Shown: positions 61,312-64,000 of the stretch, one piece after another
Layout: each line of letters starts with the position of its first letter
How positions within the stretch are numbered: position 1 is the first letter of the stretch
Source: Batkoa obscura
Lineage: Eukaryota
Assembly (NCBI GenBank): GCA_030770535.1
Contig: JASVEC010000027.1
Coordinates: forward strand, 372,001 to 436,000
Direction of reading: 5' to 3'
Length of the DNA stretch: 64,000 nt
Translations under genes and position numbers: made by a program
The notes under the pieces: generated by a model
Database searches by the model: none
Told to the model about the DNA's origin: nothing
The model's input: the letters and a program-made list of their open reading frames with translations, nothing else

Positions 61312-63403
61312 TTAATTTGTTTTTTTCCAAGAAGAGATATTAATTCTGCAAAAGGGACATATATCCATTTGATTAATACATTCCATACAGAAACCATCAT
61401 GTTTACATGGTAACAGTTGAAATCCAGCTTCATTTAAGTAACATATCTGACATTTATCATCTAATTTGTCATCTTCTTGTAATTTTTGATTTAAATATTT
61501 TGGTCCCATCTTTATCGTTTGAGTTAATTGGCCATAATCACTTAATAATCGATAGTCTTCTGTTGGACTAAATCGGAATGGTAAATTACCAAAGTTAACT
61601 AATACTTGTTGATAACTTGTTAGTGAAATCCCCGGTTTTAGTCCTCCTTCAACTTCACAAAATAAGTTTATATCTCCTGGCTCAAAGTAATAAGTTCCTC
61701 CTAATTCTTTACCATTTAATGTATAATATCCACTTCCTTTATCTAAATCTATGTAAACGCCAATAATATCACCTTTGTTATTATTAATATTATTAATATA
61801 TTGTAAACATAATTATGTATTATCTTTTACCACTTTTCCATGAATTTATTCCATATAAAGTGGATTCCCCTTTATACTATTTAATCGTTAATTTATTATT
61901 ATTAAACCTTGACTTTAATTACCCAATTCAAGTTACGTAGACCATCAAAGCCAAAAGAATGCTCTTCATCACCAATACCTAACAAATATAGTAAATATAA
62001 TTCCTACGTTTGAAACTATAAGAGTAATACCAACACCATCCTCCGGTTTAAATTTTGCTGCTTGAGTGGCCCAACCCACCTGCATAATACCACCAGAAAG
62101 CAATAATACTTCAAAGTACCATTTACCTTAATAAAAAACTGAGTTGTATATAGTATAAATTTATAATGTTATGTTACCATCCGTAACACAAGTGGTGCCT
62201 AAAGTAGTAGCAAACCCAATTCTGTCATTTCGACACTATAAATTTATATTATAAAAAACAAATGATAGATAGTAATAAGTTAATTTACTTGGCTTAAATC
62301 TTCCGAAAACTTAATAAATGAACTCGAGCTACACCAATCTAAAGCGCAATTGATATCTGAAAATAAAGCTTCTTGAGCAGCCTTTTATTTTATAACAGTT
62401 AATAATTTACAAATAGTATTATAAACAAATTCTTACTTGGTTTGGAACTGGGATTTCTAAAACAAAAATAAGTAAAGGAGTCTTAATAACTATTCAATAT
62501 AAAATTACCCAAAAAATCAACCTTAGAGTGCAATACACAAAACTTAATCTGATGAGTTAAATTCGACTTTAGATTCAACTTGTCAAGATAATCTTTAAGC
62601 AATTGTTTATAATTAGCTTCCAACAACTTTTGTTTATTCTCATCTAAAGTAACAAAATTAATATTAGTAGATAATAATACTAGAATATCGATCTTCAACT
62701 TACTAGTCAGTGCAAAATTTTCTAATGAAATAAAAGTAAATAGATGGGTATAATGGCTATAATCTCCTTTAATATTATCAAGTAATAGTTCCATAACATC
62801 ATTATCGAATAGTTTACTACTCCCTTTACCAGCTAATTTTTCCGCAATGATACCTAATATAATGGAACTTATACAACGTAATCGATCACTTTCCTCTTGA
62901 TTTTTTACTAATAATTGGAATAAAAGATTAGTCTCATATTAACTACTATTATAAGTTAATCTACTAGTTTTTATTTTTTTAACAATTTTTTGTACTAATT
63001 TATTCAAGGTATCAAAATTTGGTAACGCTGTAATCTCTATTGTTTGTTGTTGTTAGAAAATATGACTTAATTGCTAAGTTCAAGTTCGTTACCTAATATA
63101 TGCGATACTAATTGGGGACTAAGTTCATCATGGGTATCCAAAGTGTCCATTAGATACAGTAACACATCGACGAATCTTTTTGCTAGTAATAGAACATTAG
63201 TGTCTCTCCCTTAATGAGTTGGCGTATCATCAATTTGTAAGTTTACCTTGATGAGATAACTGAATTAACTCTTCGGTAGCTTTAATAACCTCTTCACTTG
63301 TATCATTAAAAATTAAAGACAATCTAGATAATTGAACTAATCTTTCAAATTGGTTTTTAATTCTATATTTGTGATATCTTTCTCTTAAGTTAGTTAATAG
63401 CAT
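61312..63403 (-). CDS. RSPRY1: RING finger and SPRY domain protein (RSPRY1-like), multi-exon
   Basis: GKWYFEVLLLSGGIMQVGWAT..GIGDEEHSFGFDG (SPRY); NFGNLPFRF; C-terminal CQICY..LLPCKHDGFCMEC..CPFCR; IAEKLAG segment; ATG at 63403. Confidence 0.85.
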
Positions 63404-63852
63404 AATAATTGACTAAATAAACAAAAAATAAAAAACAAAAAATTAGAAAATAATAATAATAGTGTGTCTATTAAAATTTAATATAAAACTATAATTTATT
63501 TCTATCTAATTTCAATAAATTAAACTAAATTTAGTAAATTTTAATCAAAAGTTAGAATTCGCTTTTTATTTAACAAAGTTGATCTTATTCGAAGCTTATC
63601 GTATTTATAAATTTATACGCTTCAAACATCCTTCTTATTAAGCTTAATTTTTGATCTCCAACTTAGTAATTGTAAAATTAATCTTTAAAGGATATTTTTT
63701 AATTTTGAGTAGCTTGTTATTTTAATAAAAATGATACATGAATTGATTTTAAACAAATATATTATTATTATGCTTTATGATTTAGTTTATTTATGATTCA
63801 AAAAAATGCAGTTTTTATTATTTTAATATATTCTAATCCATATAACCGTTAA

Positions 63853-63934
63853 GTCAATTTGGCCGAGCGGTCTAAGGCGTTGCACTTAAGATGCAATCTC
63901 GAGAGAGGCGTGGGTTCGAACCCCACAGTTGACA
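63853..63934 (+). tRNA. tRNA-Leu(UAA)
   Basis: Acceptor GTCAATT / AGTTGAC; D-arm GCCGAGCGGTCTAAGGC; anticodon arm TTGCA-CTTAAGA-TGCAA; long variable arm; T-arm GTGGGTTCGAACCCCAC. Confidence 0.95.
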
Positions 63935-64000
63935 TTAAATTTTGCACTAAATAGGAAGTGAATTATAAAATTTTATTTTCAATTTAAACTTCCCCATTTA

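Overview
Very AT-rich eukaryotic nuclear DNA with short (about 45-70 nt) GT-AG introns. The gene content (chitin deacetylase, Ecl1-family, Ima1-like, RSPRY1-like, aquaglyceroporin) suggests an early-diverging fungus; this is an inference, not an identification. About 24 host protein-coding genes and one tRNA-Leu(UAA) alternate with gene-poor, transposon-rich blocks. The dominant non-genic structure is a DNA-transposon system. An apparently intact Sola2-type element (33795-36663) has perfect 22-bp TIRs, an ATAT target duplication and a 567-aa DDD transposase. About 17 short (60-110 bp) non-autonomous MITEs share its termini and ATAT target, and their consensus contains a complete 48-nt intron-like unit (GT / TACTAAC / TAG). 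A 773-bp perfect inverted repeat (54921-56684) is built from Sola2 ends, solo LTRs, a transposase fragment and a MITE. Also present: other MITE families, solo LTRs, an inverted pseudogenised copy of a secreted-protein gene pair, a duplicated Ecl1-like gene, a 250-nt hairpin behind a putative spliced leader, and a C>T/G>A decay bias in repeats. Exon boundaries and alignments were read by eye, and family assignments rest on motif recognition, not on database searches.
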